Assembly (NCBI GenBank): GCA_051883555.1
Contig: JBJETY010000052.1
Location: 40,250-104,249 of the forward strand
DNA length: 64,000 nt
Source: Christensenellales bacterium
GTDB taxonomy: Bacteria > Bacillota > Clostridia > Christensenellales > CAG-917
Direction: 5' to 3'
Below are positions 37,343 to 47,584 of this stretch, piece by piece (position 1 is the first letter of the stretch; each line of letters opens with the position of its first letter). Under the pieces are notes generated by a model. The model had not been told where the DNA came from. It was given only the letters and a program-made list of their open reading frames with translations, and did no database searches. The translations under genes were made by a program, and so were the position numbers.

Positions 37343-39463
37343 ATGTCTAAACTTTTAACAGATGAAAAACGTATTACCGATTTCTTTGCGTGCGACGTCT
37401 TTGACGATAAAGCAATGAAAGAATATATGTCGGCAGAAGACTATGCTGCGTTTAAAGAGGTTACTCAAAACGGCTGCGAACTCAACAGACAACTTGCCGA
37501 TAAAGTTGCCGACGCAATGAAAGAGTGGGCTATGGCAAAAGGGGCTACTCATTATACGCATTGGTTTCAACCGTTGACAGACGCTACCGCAGAAAAACAC
37601 GACGCTTTTATTTCGATTGATAAGGGCGGCGAAGTTATACTTGAGTTTACAGGAAAAAACCTCATGCGAGGAGAGGCAGACGCTTCTTCTTTCCCTTCGG
37701 GCGGAATAAGAGCGACGTTCGAAGCAAGAGGCTATACAATCTGGGACGTTATGAGCCCTGCCTTCATAAAAAAATCGAAAGGCGGTGCCGGCGTGCTTTG
37801 TATTCCGACGGCATTTTGCTCGTTCGGCGGCGAGGCTCTCGACAAAAAAACGCCGTTGTTGCGTTCCATGGCATTTTTAGAAAGAGAAGCAAAAAGATTT
37901 TTAGCGTTAATCGGAAAACCTGCTAACAGAGTTTATCCGAACGTCGGCGGCGAGCAGGAATATTTCCTTATATCGAAAGAAGATTATTTAAAACGTGAAG
38001 ATTTAAAACTTACCGGACGTACGCTTTTTGGCGCAGCTCCGCCTAAGGGACAGGAAAAGAACGATCAGTATTATGCCAAAATCAAAGAAAACGTACTCGA
38101 TTATATGGCAGACCTCAACGAAGCGTTGTGGAAACTCGGAATTACGGCAAAGACTCAGCACAACGAAGTCGCCCCGTCTCAGCACGAGCTTGCACCTATT
38201 TTCGCTACCGCAAACATTGCTACCGACCAGAATCAGATTATTATGGAAACGATGAAAAAAGTCGCCGATTCTCACGGACTTAAATGTTTGCTTCACGAAA
38301 AACCGTTTGCAGGCGTGAACGGAAGCGGCAAACATAACAATTGGTCGCTTTGCACCGATGACGGCAGAAATCTTTTAAGCATGGGTAAGGACGAAGATTC
38401 GCACAGGACTTTCTTTTTGTTTTTCCTTGCGGTTATCGCAGGCGTCGATGAATATCAGGATTTATTAAGAATGAGTTGTGCCTCGGCAGGAAACGACAGA
38501 CGTATCGGCGGTCACGAAGCTCCGCCGGCTATCATTTCCGTTTACGTCGGCGATAAGATAGAAGCAATGCTCAAAGATATCGAGCATAACGTCGGAGAAG
38601 TCGATAACATTAAAGAATATCTTGAAATGGGCGTATCTACAATGCCTAAGCTTAAAAAGGACGACAGCGATCGCAATCGTACTTCGCCGTTTGCCTTTAC
38701 GGGCAACAAGTTTGAATTCCGTATGGTCGGTTCGCAACAGACTCTTTCAACGCCAAACGTAATATTAAATACGATTACGGCATATACGCTCAGCCGTTTT
38801 TCGGATATTATCGAATCTCATAAGGGTGAGGACCTTAATAAAGTTCTGACTAAACTTATTTACGATGAATACGTAGCTCATAAACGCATAATCTTCAACG
38901 GTAACAATTATTCCGAAGAATGGACGAAGGAAGCCGAAAAGCGAGGACTTTATAATTTAACTAACGCAGTAGACGCATTCGAAGCGTTAAACAGAAAAGA
39001 AGTCAGAGAACTTTTCGTTTCTAACGGAATATTCAGTGAAATCGAAATCGACGCAAGATACCGTATATATCTTACCGATTATTCGCAAACGATTAATATC
39101 GAAGCGCAGACAGCTTTATCGATTGCCAAGACGAGAATTTTGCCAAGCGTTATGAAATATCAGGGCGAAATAGCCGTGCAATACGAAAGCCTGTCAAAAT
39201 GCGGTTTGGGAAAAACTCATCTGGAAAAAGCGGAAATTCTCGACAAATACATTTCCGATTTTAATAAGGCAATCGGTGACCTCGAAACGGCGACGGAAAA
39301 GGCTCGCAAAACAACGGATTTGAAACAGCGAGCTGTAGTTTGTCGTGACGAAGTTAATCCAAAACTTGACAATTTGAGAAAAATTGCCGACGATATGCAG
39401 TTAATTTGCGATAAAGCCGTTTGGCCGTATCCGAATTATCAAGACATTTTGTTCAGGGACTAA
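37343..39463 (+). CDS. glnN: Type III glutamine synthetase
   Basis: GGAGGG RBS. THYTHWFQPLTDATAEKHDAF and the overall 706-aa GS-III pattern closely resemble Bacteroides GlnN. Confidence 0.9.
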   Translation: MSKLLTDEKRITDFFACDVFDDKAMKEYMSAEDYAAFKEVTQNGCELNRQLADKVADAMKEWAMAKGATHYTHWFQPLTDATAEKHDAFISIDKGGEVILEFTGKNLMRGEADASSFPSGGIRATFEARGYTIWDVMSPAFIKKSKGGAGVLCIPTAFCSFGGEALDKKTPLLRSMAFLEREAKRFLALIGKPANRVYPNVGGEQEYFLISKEDYLKREDLKLTGRTLFGAAPPKGQEKNDQYYAKIKENVLDYMADLNEALWKLGITAKTQHNEVAPSQHELAPIFATANIATDQNQIIMETMKKVADSHGLKCLLHEKPFAGVNGSGKHNNWSLCTDDGRNLLSMGKDEDSHRTFFLFFLAVIAGVDEYQDLLRMSCASAGNDRRIGGHEAPPAIISVYVGDKIEAMLKDIEHNVGEVDNIKEYLEMGVSTMPKLKKDDSDRNRTSPFAFTGNKFEFRMVGSQQTLSTPNVILNTITAYTLSRFSDIIESHKGEDLNKVLTKLIYDEYVAHKRIIFNGNNYSEEWTKEAEKRGLYNLTNAVDAFEALNRKEVRELFVSNGIFSEIEIDARYRIYLTDYSQTINIEAQTALSIAKTRILPSVMKYQGEIAVQYESLSKCGLGKTHLEKAEILDKYISDFNKAIGDLETATEKARKTTDLKQRAVVCRDEVNPKLDNLRKIADDMQLICDKAVWPYPNYQDILFRD

Positions 39464-39465
39464 TT

Positions 39466-40854
39466 ATGAAAGAAAAGAAAGAAAAAAAAGAAAAGAAGAG
39501 CAGATTCGGCTTTTTCAGTCGCAAAAAAAACGACGCCGTCGAATTGACGGAAAAAGAGAGCGTTGAAGAAATGCCAGAAGAAGTTCAGGAAGAAGAAGTC
39601 AAAACGGAAGAAAAAATTAAAGAGTTTTTCGTAGAGCCGGAACTCGAAGCCGTTGACTATTATGAGTTTATCGAAACGGAAACAAAAAAGATGGAAAATC
39701 ATAAAGCGCGCGTCGCAGGAAGCTGGGGCGAAAAACGCGCTGCAAGAATGATACGAGACGATAGCATAAAACTTCTCGGCATACCTTCGAGGTTGGAACC
39801 GTTTTACAGCCGCAGTTTTAAAGGCAGACCGTGTTTTTTGTTGCTCGGTATCGTTTATGCCGTCTGTTTTATACTTTTTCTCACGTCGTTTGCCGGCGGA
39901 ATTTACGGCTACGTGTCGGCAGCCGTATCGCTTGTGGGAATGATTGTTTCGACGGCGTTTTTGGTTTCTTTGTATATAGGATATCCTTTTGCGCAAAAAC
40001 TGCTTAAAAAGACGACTTCGTATAACGTCGTGTCTACCGTAAAGGCGAAGGGCGAAGCAAAAAAGAATATTATCATTTCTGCAAATTACGATTCAAAATA
40101 CGGAAACAATTTTAAAATCAGCGATAAAGTTCGTTTCTGGCTTATCGAAGTTTCTCTTATCACAATTGCCGTGTTTGCATTGCTTGTTATAGTAAGACTT
40201 ATTGTAGGCGTTGAAACGGTTGCGGCAAAAGCGAGTCTTATCGTGATTTCCGCCATTTTCGCTATTCCGTCTATTTTGATATTAATTCTGACTTTTTCGT
40301 TGTCTAAGAATAAAGTTGAAGAAAACAACGGTCTGTCTACTTCTGTGGCATTAGCCGCCGTCAGATATCTGATTGACGAGGATATGATTAAAAAAGATAC
40401 TGCCGTGACGTTCGTTGCGTTCGGCGGTGAGAATGCAGGTCACGACGGAGCTAACGCCTTTGTCGAGCAGCATAAAGACACGCCTATGTTTGAAAACGCC
40501 GTCTTTATCAATATGGAAGATATAATTGAAAGAAAATATTTTGTCGCAACGACGGACGGAGTGCACAAACACGATTTTGACCGGTCGCTTGTCGATTTGG
40601 CAAAAGACGTAGCCGATGAGCTTGAAATCGAAATTAACGAAGAAGGCAAAAATTTCGGAGCGCTCAGCGGCTATGCGGCGACAGCGTTTGAAAAAGCGGG
40701 CGTTCCAAGCGTAACGCTGGTAGCCCGAGACAAAAATCCGTTAAGAGAAATTACCGTTGAAGACAGCGATATTTCCGACGTAACGCAAAATTGTTTTAAA
40801 CTTTTGGTTGAAATAACCAAAAAGATATTGGAGGACAAAATTGAAAAAGGCTGA
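39466..40854 (+). CDS. Membrane protein with an M28-peptidase-like domain (metal ligands apparently degenerate) and a K/E-rich N-terminus
   Basis: The ATG lies 2 nt after the glnN stop. Several TM helices. VTFVAFGGENAGHDGANAF resembles the M28 core, but ANYDS and NNGLS occupy the positions expected for AHxDS and DDNASG. Confidence 0.45.
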   Translation: MKEKKEKKEKKSRFGFFSRKKNDAVELTEKESVEEMPEEVQEEEVKTEEKIKEFFVEPELEAVDYYEFIETETKKMENHKARVAGSWGEKRAARMIRDDSIKLLGIPSRLEPFYSRSFKGRPCFLLLGIVYAVCFILFLTSFAGGIYGYVSAAVSLVGMIVSTAFLVSLYIGYPFAQKLLKKTTSYNVVSTVKAKGEAKKNIIISANYDSKYGNNFKISDKVRFWLIEVSLITIAVFALLVIVRLIVGVETVAAKASLIVISAIFAIPSILILILTFSLSKNKVEENNGLSTSVALAAVRYLIDEDMIKKDTAVTFVAFGGENAGHDGANAFVEQHKDTPMFENAVFINMEDIIERKYFVATTDGVHKHDFDRSLVDLAKDVADELEIEINEEGKNFGALSGYAATAFEKAGVPSVTLVARDKNPLREITVEDSDISDVTQNCFKLLVEITKKILEDKIEKG

Positions 40855-42202
40855 TAAGAACGCCGTTAAAGACGAAAAGGAAAAAGTCTCGGTAGACGCT
40901 CTCGCGACTGACGAAAAATTGCAAGAATCTGAAAAAACTACCGATAAAGAAAAAACGGATAACGTTTCAGAAATCGAAAATGCGGAAAACGCAGTCGACG
41001 GTGAAAGTAAGGTTTCGCTTATGGCAGATGAGAAAGCAAGTGATATTAGCTTAACGGCTGAAAAGCCTGCCGAAAAGACTAAAAAGGAAAAAGTCAAAGA
41101 GATTGTAAAGAAATATTGCAAAAGATATTTCATAGACGCCTTTACGGGAATGTCTCAAGGACTTTTCGTTACGTTGATTGCCGGTACGATTTTAGCGCAG
41201 ATTGCTTCATGGTTCGGAGACAATACGTTTGCAAAAACTCTCGGTTATATTGCAAGCATAGCAAAAATGCTGATGGGCGCAGGTATCGGAGTCGGAATTG
41301 CACATAAGTTGGGCGCAAAACCGTTGGTTATGTTTACCGCTGCGGTTTCGGGACTTTTAGGCGCATGGGCAATGCCGCTTATGAATTATCTTGTCGGCAG
41401 TTCGGCGACGTTTGCAGTCACGTTCGGTGCGCCGGGAAATCCGATAGGCAGTTACGTCTTGACGTTATTTACAATAGAAAGCGCAGGCTTGTATGCGGGC
41501 AAAACGAAGCTTGACATAATTTTAGTGCCGCTCGGAATGATGCTTTTAGGTTTTGTCGGAATATTTGTTGCATGGCCGTTTATCAAACTTATAGATTTGT
41601 TTGCTCAATTAATCGTTATATTGATTAAAGCTGGCGAAGCGGTAAAAATTATTGTAGGAATTATTGTCGCCGTCGTTATGGGAATACTTCTCACCATGCC
41701 GACGTCGTCTGCTGCTATATGGGTTGCGATTGCAGGCAGCAGCGTTGCTACCGCAAACCCTGACGTATTTGCGATAGCGGGCGGTGCGGCGGTTGCAGGT
41801 TGTGCCGCACATATGGTAGGTTTTGCCGTGACGTCGTTCAGAGAAAACGGAATAAGCGGACTTATCTCACAAGGTATAGGCACAAGCATGTTGCAAATTC
41901 CTAATATTATGCGCAAACCGATTGTCATGGTTCCGCAGATAGTATCGAGTGCAATTTCAGGATTAATTGCCGTCGTTATGGGATTAAGATGTAATGCCGC
42001 AGGCGGAGGAATGGGAACGTCAGGTCTTGTAGGAATTTTCGGAGCGATAGAAGCTTCGCAAGGTATAATTCCGGGATGGCAAATCGCGCTTGCAATCATT
42101 CTTTGTATGTTTGTTATTCCTATCGGCATAGGACTTTTACTTAGCGAAATATTCAGAAAAAAAGGACTTATAAAGCCGGGAGATATGGCGCTCGATAAGT
42201 AA
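40841..42202 (+). CDS. PTS EIIC_2-like stand-alone permease with a roughly 95-aa charged N-terminal extension
   Basis: TTG start after GGAGG, overlapping the upstream stop. KRYFIDAFTGMSQGLFVTLIAGTIL resembles PF13303-type EIIC proteins, as far as I recall. Confidence 0.5.
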   Translation: MKKADKNAVKDEKEKVSVDALATDEKLQESEKTTDKEKTDNVSEIENAENAVDGESKVSLMADEKASDISLTAEKPAEKTKKEKVKEIVKKYCKRYFIDAFTGMSQGLFVTLIAGTILAQIASWFGDNTFAKTLGYIASIAKMLMGAGIGVGIAHKLGAKPLVMFTAAVSGLLGAWAMPLMNYLVGSSATFAVTFGAPGNPIGSYVLTLFTIESAGLYAGKTKLDIILVPLGMMLLGFVGIFVAWPFIKLIDLFAQLIVILIKAGEAVKIIVGIIVAVVMGILLTMPTSSAAIWVAIAGSSVATANPDVFAIAGGAAVAGCAAHMVGFAVTSFRENGISGLISQGIGTSMLQIPNIMRKPIVMVPQIVSSAISGLIAVVMGLRCNAAGGGMGTSGLVGIFGAIEASQGIIPGWQIALAIILCMFVIPIGIGLLLSEIFRKKGLIKPGDMALDK

Positions 42203-42302
42203 TAAACGCTTAAGAGTAGAATTTTCAGCGATATTTTCTGTTGATAAGCTACCGTGTTGTGCAATAAGCTATCGTCAATTTTTAATTTAAACTTGTATTA
42301 TA

Positions 42303-42337
42303 AAAAGCTTGAAAGATATTTCTTTCAAGCTTTTTTA
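42303..42337. terminator. Bidirectional hairpin terminator
   Basis: aaagcttgaaag-atatt-ctttcaagcttt with flanking A and T runs. Confidence 0.8.
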
Positions 42338-42404
42338 ATAAAACGTTTTCTGCTATATCAAATTATATAAGACAAAACTTTATAAACATATATCATATAT
42401 GGAT

Positions 42405-42615
42405 ATATCAAATAAAGTTATACCAAACAAGTTTATCATACAGATATATACCAAATAGAGTTATACCATTTAAGTTATATCAAATAGATATATATCAAAT
42501 AATGTTATACCAAACAAGTTATATCAAATAGATATATATCAAATAAAGCTATACCAAATAAGCTATATCATATAGAGACATAACGTATAGCGTATATCAT
42601 AAAGAGATATAAAAT
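42405..42615. repeat. Array of about 15 tandem units with a 14/15-bp alternating period, consensus ATAYCAAATARRKTT
   Basis: Unit starts at 42405, 420, 434, 448, 463, 477, 492, 507, 521, 536, 551, 565, 580, 594 and 608. Confidence 0.85.
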
Positions 42616-42681
42616 CTTTAAATTATAATCAAAAGATTATGCTTTAAAGTCAGATTTGAATTTGCAAAACCTTACGTTACT

Positions 42682-43161
42682 TTATTTTCTGTTAATATCT
42701 TTAATACGGCTGAGAGCGTCTTTAAAAGTTAACCCTAACAGTTTGAAATCGGCTATTATTTTTTCCTGTTGGTCCTTCGGCAAACCGTTAACGTAAGTTT
42801 CAAAATGGAATTTTCCGAATTGGAACAACTCTTTTAAAGACATAGAGTTCAATTTTTCAAGGCTCACTTGTTTTCCGTTTAAAGCGGCGATATCTTGCAG
42901 AATCAAAAAGGCATTGAGTTTGTTTGAACTGATTTGAAGTTTCTTTGTCAAAAGCTCTCTTTTCTCTGTCGATAAGCTCGTTACGGGACAGTTGCGGTTG
43001 AAATCCGATTCATAAAACTTTATTAAAGCCGGCGTAACTAAGTCGTAAATTTCACCGTCCGCTTTTGCGACTTTGACGTTTGTTGCCGATATTGCCGCAA
43101 TGCTGCAAAGTATAAGCAAGATAACGATTGATACGTTTAAAAAATTTTTTGTTTGAGTCAT
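42682..43161 (-). CDS. Hypothetical N-terminally anchored or secreted protein
   Basis: Hydrophobic N-terminal segment. No SD at either candidate start, so the start is uncertain. Confidence 0.4.
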   Translation of the reverse strand: MTQTKNFLNVSIVILLILCSIAAISATNVKVAKADGEIYDLVTPALIKFYESDFNRNCPVTSLSTEKRELLTKKLQISSNKLNAFLILQDIAALNGKQVSLEKLNSMSLKELFQFGKFHFETYVNGLPKDQQEKIIADFKLLGLTFKDALSRIKDINRK

Positions 43162-43385
43162 GATTTTAGTTTTTTGGATTGAATGAAAAATATTCAAAAA
43201 ATAACGTTTTATATTGCTTTTTAGGAAAAATTTTGATATAATACATCAAGTTATGAGAAAGTAACTCATTTTTTTTATACTCTTATGTCGCAAAACTATA
43301 CCTTAGACGGCACAAAACGATAAAAATTTTCCTTGACGAGCGTGTAAATTTGGGGTATAGTTAGTGGCACAATCAGGAGGCGGAT

Positions 43386-44018
43386 ATGAGGAAAAAAATC
43401 TTTGATAAGGTTTTATCTGTAGCAAGTATGATAATCGGGGTTATCTTTATTATCGTTTTACTTGTAACAATCTTTAACGGTTTCGAACCGGAAGTGTTTA
43501 ACAACGACTTGGTAAAAGGTTTGTTTGTGGCTCTTGGCGTGGTTTACCTTGCAATGTCGGTAGGGGCGTTGATTTATACGTTCAGCGATAACGACGCAGT
43601 AAGAGAAATCGTAATCAACAGCAATAAAGTAAGCAGCACTAAGTTGAGTGCCGCTGTCATCAAAAAGATGGTAAGAAAAAACGTTAAGACGGTTGAAGGC
43701 GTAAAATGCCAGAAAATCAGTCTTATACTTACCGAGTACGGCGTAAAACTTAAATTAGGAATCAAGATTTCCAGCGGTAACGTTCAGGAGAAGAGCGTTT
43801 ATTTGAAATGCCTTATAGAGGAGGCTTTCTACAATGCTCTCGGATATAAATTCTATGCAATAGATTTCAAAATCAGTTCGATGAAAATCGAAGGCGTACA
43901 GGCCGACGACGAATTAAAGAACAAAGCAAAGAAAGAGTACGAAGAGCTTTCGACAAAACCGACCGAAGAGCCGAAAGAAGTCGAAGAAACCGAACAAACC
44001 GTGCAGAGTGAAGAATAA
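43386..44018 (+). CDS. 2-TM membrane protein, possibly AmaP-like (Asp23-family anchor), with an acidic tail
   Basis: AGGAGG RBS. Two N-terminal TM helices followed by an Asp23-like beta-rich region. Weak recognition only. Confidence 0.35.
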   Translation: MRKKIFDKVLSVASMIIGVIFIIVLLVTIFNGFEPEVFNNDLVKGLFVALGVVYLAMSVGALIYTFSDNDAVREIVINSNKVSSTKLSAAVIKKMVRKNVKTVEGVKCQKISLILTEYGVKLKLGIKISSGNVQEKSVYLKCLIEEAFYNALGYKFYAIDFKISSMKIEGVQADDELKNKAKKEYEELSTKPTEEPKEVEETEQTVQSEE

Positions 44019-44041
44019 AATAATCCGTAAGGAGATAAAAA

Positions 44042-44509
44042 ATGAAAGAAGTTTACGTTACAAAGTCGGGGCTTGAAGAATTAAAAACCAGACTTGAGGA
44101 CCTTAAAAGTAATAAAAGATTGGAAGTGGCCGCAAAGATAAAATTTGCCAGAGAACTCGGAGATTTGTCCGAAAACGCCGAATATGCGGCGGCAAAGGAA
44201 GAACAAGGTTTTTTGGAACAGGAAATAAGAGAACTTGAAGAAAAAGTTCTGCATGCAGTTATTATTGAAGAATCCAAAGATAAAAATGCCGTTGCTATCG
44301 GAAGTACCGTTAAAGTGCTTGACGTTGAATTCGGTGACGAAGAAGAATATACAATCGTAGGAACGACCGAAGCAGATATCGCAAGCGGCAAGATTAGCAA
44401 CGAATCTCCTCTTGCCGTTGCTCTTTTAGGAAAGAAAAAAGGCGACAAAGCCGAGGTTACCACGCCTAACGGCAGCGTAGTCGAATACGAAATAAAAGAA
44501 ATTAAATAA
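44042..44509 (+). CDS. greA: Transcription elongation factor GreA
   Basis: GDLSENAEYAAAKEEQ and a C-terminal FKBP-like SNESPLAVALLGKKKGD. Confidence 0.92.
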   Translation: MKEVYVTKSGLEELKTRLEDLKSNKRLEVAAKIKFARELGDLSENAEYAAAKEEQGFLEQEIRELEEKVLHAVIIEESKDKNAVAIGSTVKVLDVEFGDEEEYTIVGTTEADIASGKISNESPLAVALLGKKKGDKAEVTTPNGSVVEYEIKEIK

Positions 44510-44518
44510 CGGAGTTTT

Positions 44519-46006
44519 ATGGGCGAACAAAAGGAAATGACGGAAGCTCAGGAATTCGAGCTCGCAAAGGTCAGAAGAAATAAATTAAGCGAACTTGTTG
44601 CAAACGGCAAAGACCCGTTTGAAATTGTGCGTTACGACAGAACGAACGTGACCACGGATATTATCGGCAACGCAACCGCTTTTGAAGGAAAGCAGGTGAA
44701 ACTTGCAGGCAGACTTATGGCTAAACGCATAATGGGCAAGGCAAGTTTCGGCCATATTATGGACGGATTCGGTAAGATTCAGGGATATTTTTCAAGAGAC
44801 GCACAAGGCGAAGAAAACTATGCCGAATTTAAAAAATACGACATCGGCGATATAATCGGTATGGAAGGCGAGGTGTTCGTTACGCATACCGGTGAAACTT
44901 CGGTAAAAGTTACGAAAAGCATTTTGCTTTCAAAATCTTTATTGCCGTTGCCTGAAAAATATCACGGACTTAAAGACAACGATTTGCGTTATAGAAAGCG
45001 TTACGTCGATTTGATTGCAAATCCCGAGGTAAAAGAGACGTTTATAAAAAGGTCTAAGATTGTGTCGGCGGTCAGGGAAGTGCTTGACGGCGAAGGATAT
45101 CTTGAAGTTGAAACGCCTATACTTAATACTCTTCCGGGCGGTGCAAACGCAAGACCTTTCGTCACGCATCATAATACGCTTGACCTTGATATGTATATGC
45201 GTATAGCGCCTGAACTTTATTTGAAAATGCTTGTAGTAGGCGGTTTTGAGAAAGTTTACGAGATGGGCAGACTTTTCCGTAACGAGGGTATGGACACAAA
45301 ACACAACCCGGAATTTACTACCGTAGAGCTTTATTCGGCATATCAGGATTATCACGATATGATGGATATTTGCGAAAAGATTTTCATTCATTGTGCAATG
45401 AAAGTTTGCGGAACTACCGAAATAAGTTATCAGGGTACGCCGCTTTCGCTCAAAGCGCCTTGGAAGAGAATGACGATGTGCGAAGCTGTAAAAGAATTTA
45501 CTGGGCTTGACTTCGAAAACGAAGAACTGTCGGAAATTATAAAGAAAGCTAAAACGATGGGCATCGAACTTGATAACGATATTTCATGGGGTAAAGCGTT
45601 GGCGGAAGTCTTTGACCAGAAAGTGGAAGAAAAGCTTATTCAACCTACGTTTATATATGATTATCCTGTCGAAATTTCTCCGCTTGCCAAAAAGAAGCCT
45701 ACGGATAAACGTTTAACCGAAAGATTTGAAGTGTTTATGACCGCAAGAGAGATGGGCAACGCTTTCAGCGAGCTTAACGACCCTATAGACCAGAAAGAAA
45801 GATTTGAAAGACAGATGGCGCAAAGAGAAAAGGGCGACGACGAAGCGCAGGTTATGAACGACGATTTCGTCAATGCGCTTGAATACGGACTTCCTCCTAC
45901 GGGCGGATTGGGTATCGGCATTGACAGACTTGTTATGCTTTTGACGGATAGCGCTTCGATTCGCGACGTATTGTTATTTCCGACGATGAAACCGCTTGAT
46001 AAGTAA
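44519..46006 (+). CDS. lysS: Lysine--tRNA ligase, class II
   Basis: [38 protein letters not shown]. Conserved greA-lysS order. Confidence 0.92.
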   Translation: MGEQKEMTEAQEFELAKVRRNKLSELVANGKDPFEIVRYDRTNVTTDIIGNATAFEGKQVKLAGRLMAKRIMGKASFGHIMDGFGKIQGYFSRDAQGEENYAEFKKYDIGDIIGMEGEVFVTHTGETSVKVTKSILLSKSLLPLPEKYHGLKDNDLRYRKRYVDLIANPEVKETFIKRSKIVSAVREVLDGEGYLEVETPILNTLPGGANARPFVTHHNTLDLDMYMRIAPELYLKMLVVGGFEKVYEMGRLFRNEGMDTKHNPEFTTVELYSAYQDYHDMMDICEKIFIHCAMKVCGTTEISYQGTPLSLKAPWKRMTMCEAVKEFTGLDFENEELSEIIKKAKTMGIELDNDISWGKALAEVFDQKVEEKLIQPTFIYDYPVEISPLAKKKPTDKRLTERFEVFMTAREMGNAFSELNDPIDQKERFERQMAQREKGDDEAQVMNDDFVNALEYGLPPTGGLGIGIDRLVMLLTDSASIRDVLLFPTMKPLDK

Positions 46007-46076
46007 GCGGCGCAGAAAGGGCGACTCTCAGTCGTTATGGCAATGTGAACTCACTTAAAAAAATTTAGTGTTGAAA

Positions 46077-46108
46077 TAAATAAGCAGGCTTTATGCCTGC
46101 TTATTTTT
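46077..46108. terminator. Bidirectional terminator between convergent genes
   Basis: ataagcaggc-ttta-gcctgcttat followed by a T-run. Confidence 0.8.
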
Positions 46109-46110
46109 GT

Positions 46111-47568
46111 TTAAAGTTTTACCGTGCCGTTTAGCCATGCGTCGATAGATTTTTCCGCTTGTTTTGAATATTTGTTTATTGATTTTTTCAAACAGGATAT
46201 ATCGGAAATTTTATAAGCGTTTTCTTTGTAATAATGCTGCATGGCCTTATTGAATTTTTTCTCTCCAATAATTTCATAAAGACAATTTATCGTCAACGCG
46301 CCTTTATCGTATGCGGTGATAACGTATTCGCTTTGAGACGAAAACTTGTCGAGAGATTTAGTCATAACGCCGTCGAACGGAACGCCTTTACTTGTAAGAT
46401 ATTCGTTAAAAGTCTGGTAGTTTGTTTTGTGCGATTGAATAAGCGTAGCAAACGTTTCGTCGTCACCTTGCAAACGATAAAAATACGCGGTTGAAAATTC
46501 AGTCATTCCTTCGTCAAGATACGCGTTTTCATATTGGTCGGAGCCCACTACGCCGTACCACCATTGGTGCGCCGTCTCGTGTATTACGGTTAGTTCTCTG
46601 TCTTTTGCGGACATTTTATCGGTTATTAAAATAAGCGAGGTATATTCCATGCCTCTGTGGACGAACGGCGTTTCGCAAACGGTAAAAGTCGAATACGGAT
46701 ATTTGCCGAACGTTTTTGAAAACGTCGAGATAGCATCCGACGCTATATTTAACGTTTTATCGGGCGTTTCGTCGGACAGATATTGATATATTACGGAGAC
46801 ACCGTCTTTTTCGGAAGAAAGAGTTTTAAACTCTTTTGAAAAAACGATACCGAAATCGCGCGTTTTTTCTGCAATAATTTCATAAGTGGTTTTTCCGTTT
46901 TCATCGCTGCTTATATCGGTTATTCTGCCCGAAGAAGCGATTTTAGTATCCTCATCAGGCATCGTCGCGTTGACGTAAAAGTCGGAAATTTCCGAGCAGA
47001 AAGGGTCGCCGTATGCCGAATAATCGTGCGTTATAAATTCGCCGTCTTTTAAAGGACAAATCTGCGGATAGAAATTGCAGAGGTTCACGCTAAGCGGAGT
47101 TTTGCCAAGTCTTCCCGTGCAATCGGGAATGGTTATGTCAAATTCAAGAGATACGTTTATGCTTTTTCCGCTTTCGAGCGGCGGAATCTTAAAGGTGAGA
47201 AGCGTGTTGTCAACGGAAAAATCTATATCCGTTTTATCCGCTTTTACGCTTGTCACGGTTATTCCGCCATAGCTCAGCCCGTTATAATAAGCGGCGCCCG
47301 TAACTTCTTTAGTGAACGCATGATTTCCTTCTGCATACGCGTTTGCGTGAAGAGCCATAACTATTTCGGAAATAACCGAATTGCCGTTGTTGAAATAGCA
47401 TATGTTTTCCGTTGCGGAAATTTTATTTACGCCGTCGTAAGATAGGTTTATTTCGTAGATGGGCGAAACGGAGACTTTTTCGGCGTCGGAATTGCATGCC
47501 GTAAGAGCGGCAAGCGACAGACAAAATAAGACGCACAATAACAATAAACGTAAATTTCTATTTTTCAT
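46111..47568 (-). CDS. M1-family zinc metallopeptidase lipoprotein
   Basis: Lipobox LTAC. HETAHQWWYG followed after 18 residues by E (LDEGMTEF). Confidence 0.8.
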   Translation of the reverse strand: MKNRNLRLLLLCVLFCLSLAALTACNSDAEKVSVSPIYEINLSYDGVNKISATENICYFNNGNSVISEIVMALHANAYAEGNHAFTKEVTGAAYYNGLSYGGITVTSVKADKTDIDFSVDNTLLTFKIPPLESGKSINVSLEFDITIPDCTGRLGKTPLSVNLCNFYPQICPLKDGEFITHDYSAYGDPFCSEISDFYVNATMPDEDTKIASSGRITDISSDENGKTTYEIIAEKTRDFGIVFSKEFKTLSSEKDGVSVIYQYLSDETPDKTLNIASDAISTFSKTFGKYPYSTFTVCETPFVHRGMEYTSLILITDKMSAKDRELTVIHETAHQWWYGVVGSDQYENAYLDEGMTEFSTAYFYRLQGDDETFATLIQSHKTNYQTFNEYLTSKGVPFDGVMTKSLDKFSSQSEYVITAYDKGALTINCLYEIIGEKKFNKAMQHYYKENAYKISDISCLKKSINKYSKQAEKSIDAWLNGTVKL

Positions 47569-47584
47569 TTTTCACCTTAAAATT

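Noticed and set aside
39481-39492. A-rich homopolymeric tract (A8) in the M28-like gene N-terminus as a phase-variation switch
   Set aside because: It encodes part of a KEKK low-complexity tail, so it is consistent with composition and not a contingency locus. Nothing else supports phase variation.
42405-42615. Possible CRISPR array
   Set aside because: The period is only 14-15 bp, with contiguous degenerate units and no unique spacers. No cas genes are in the window.
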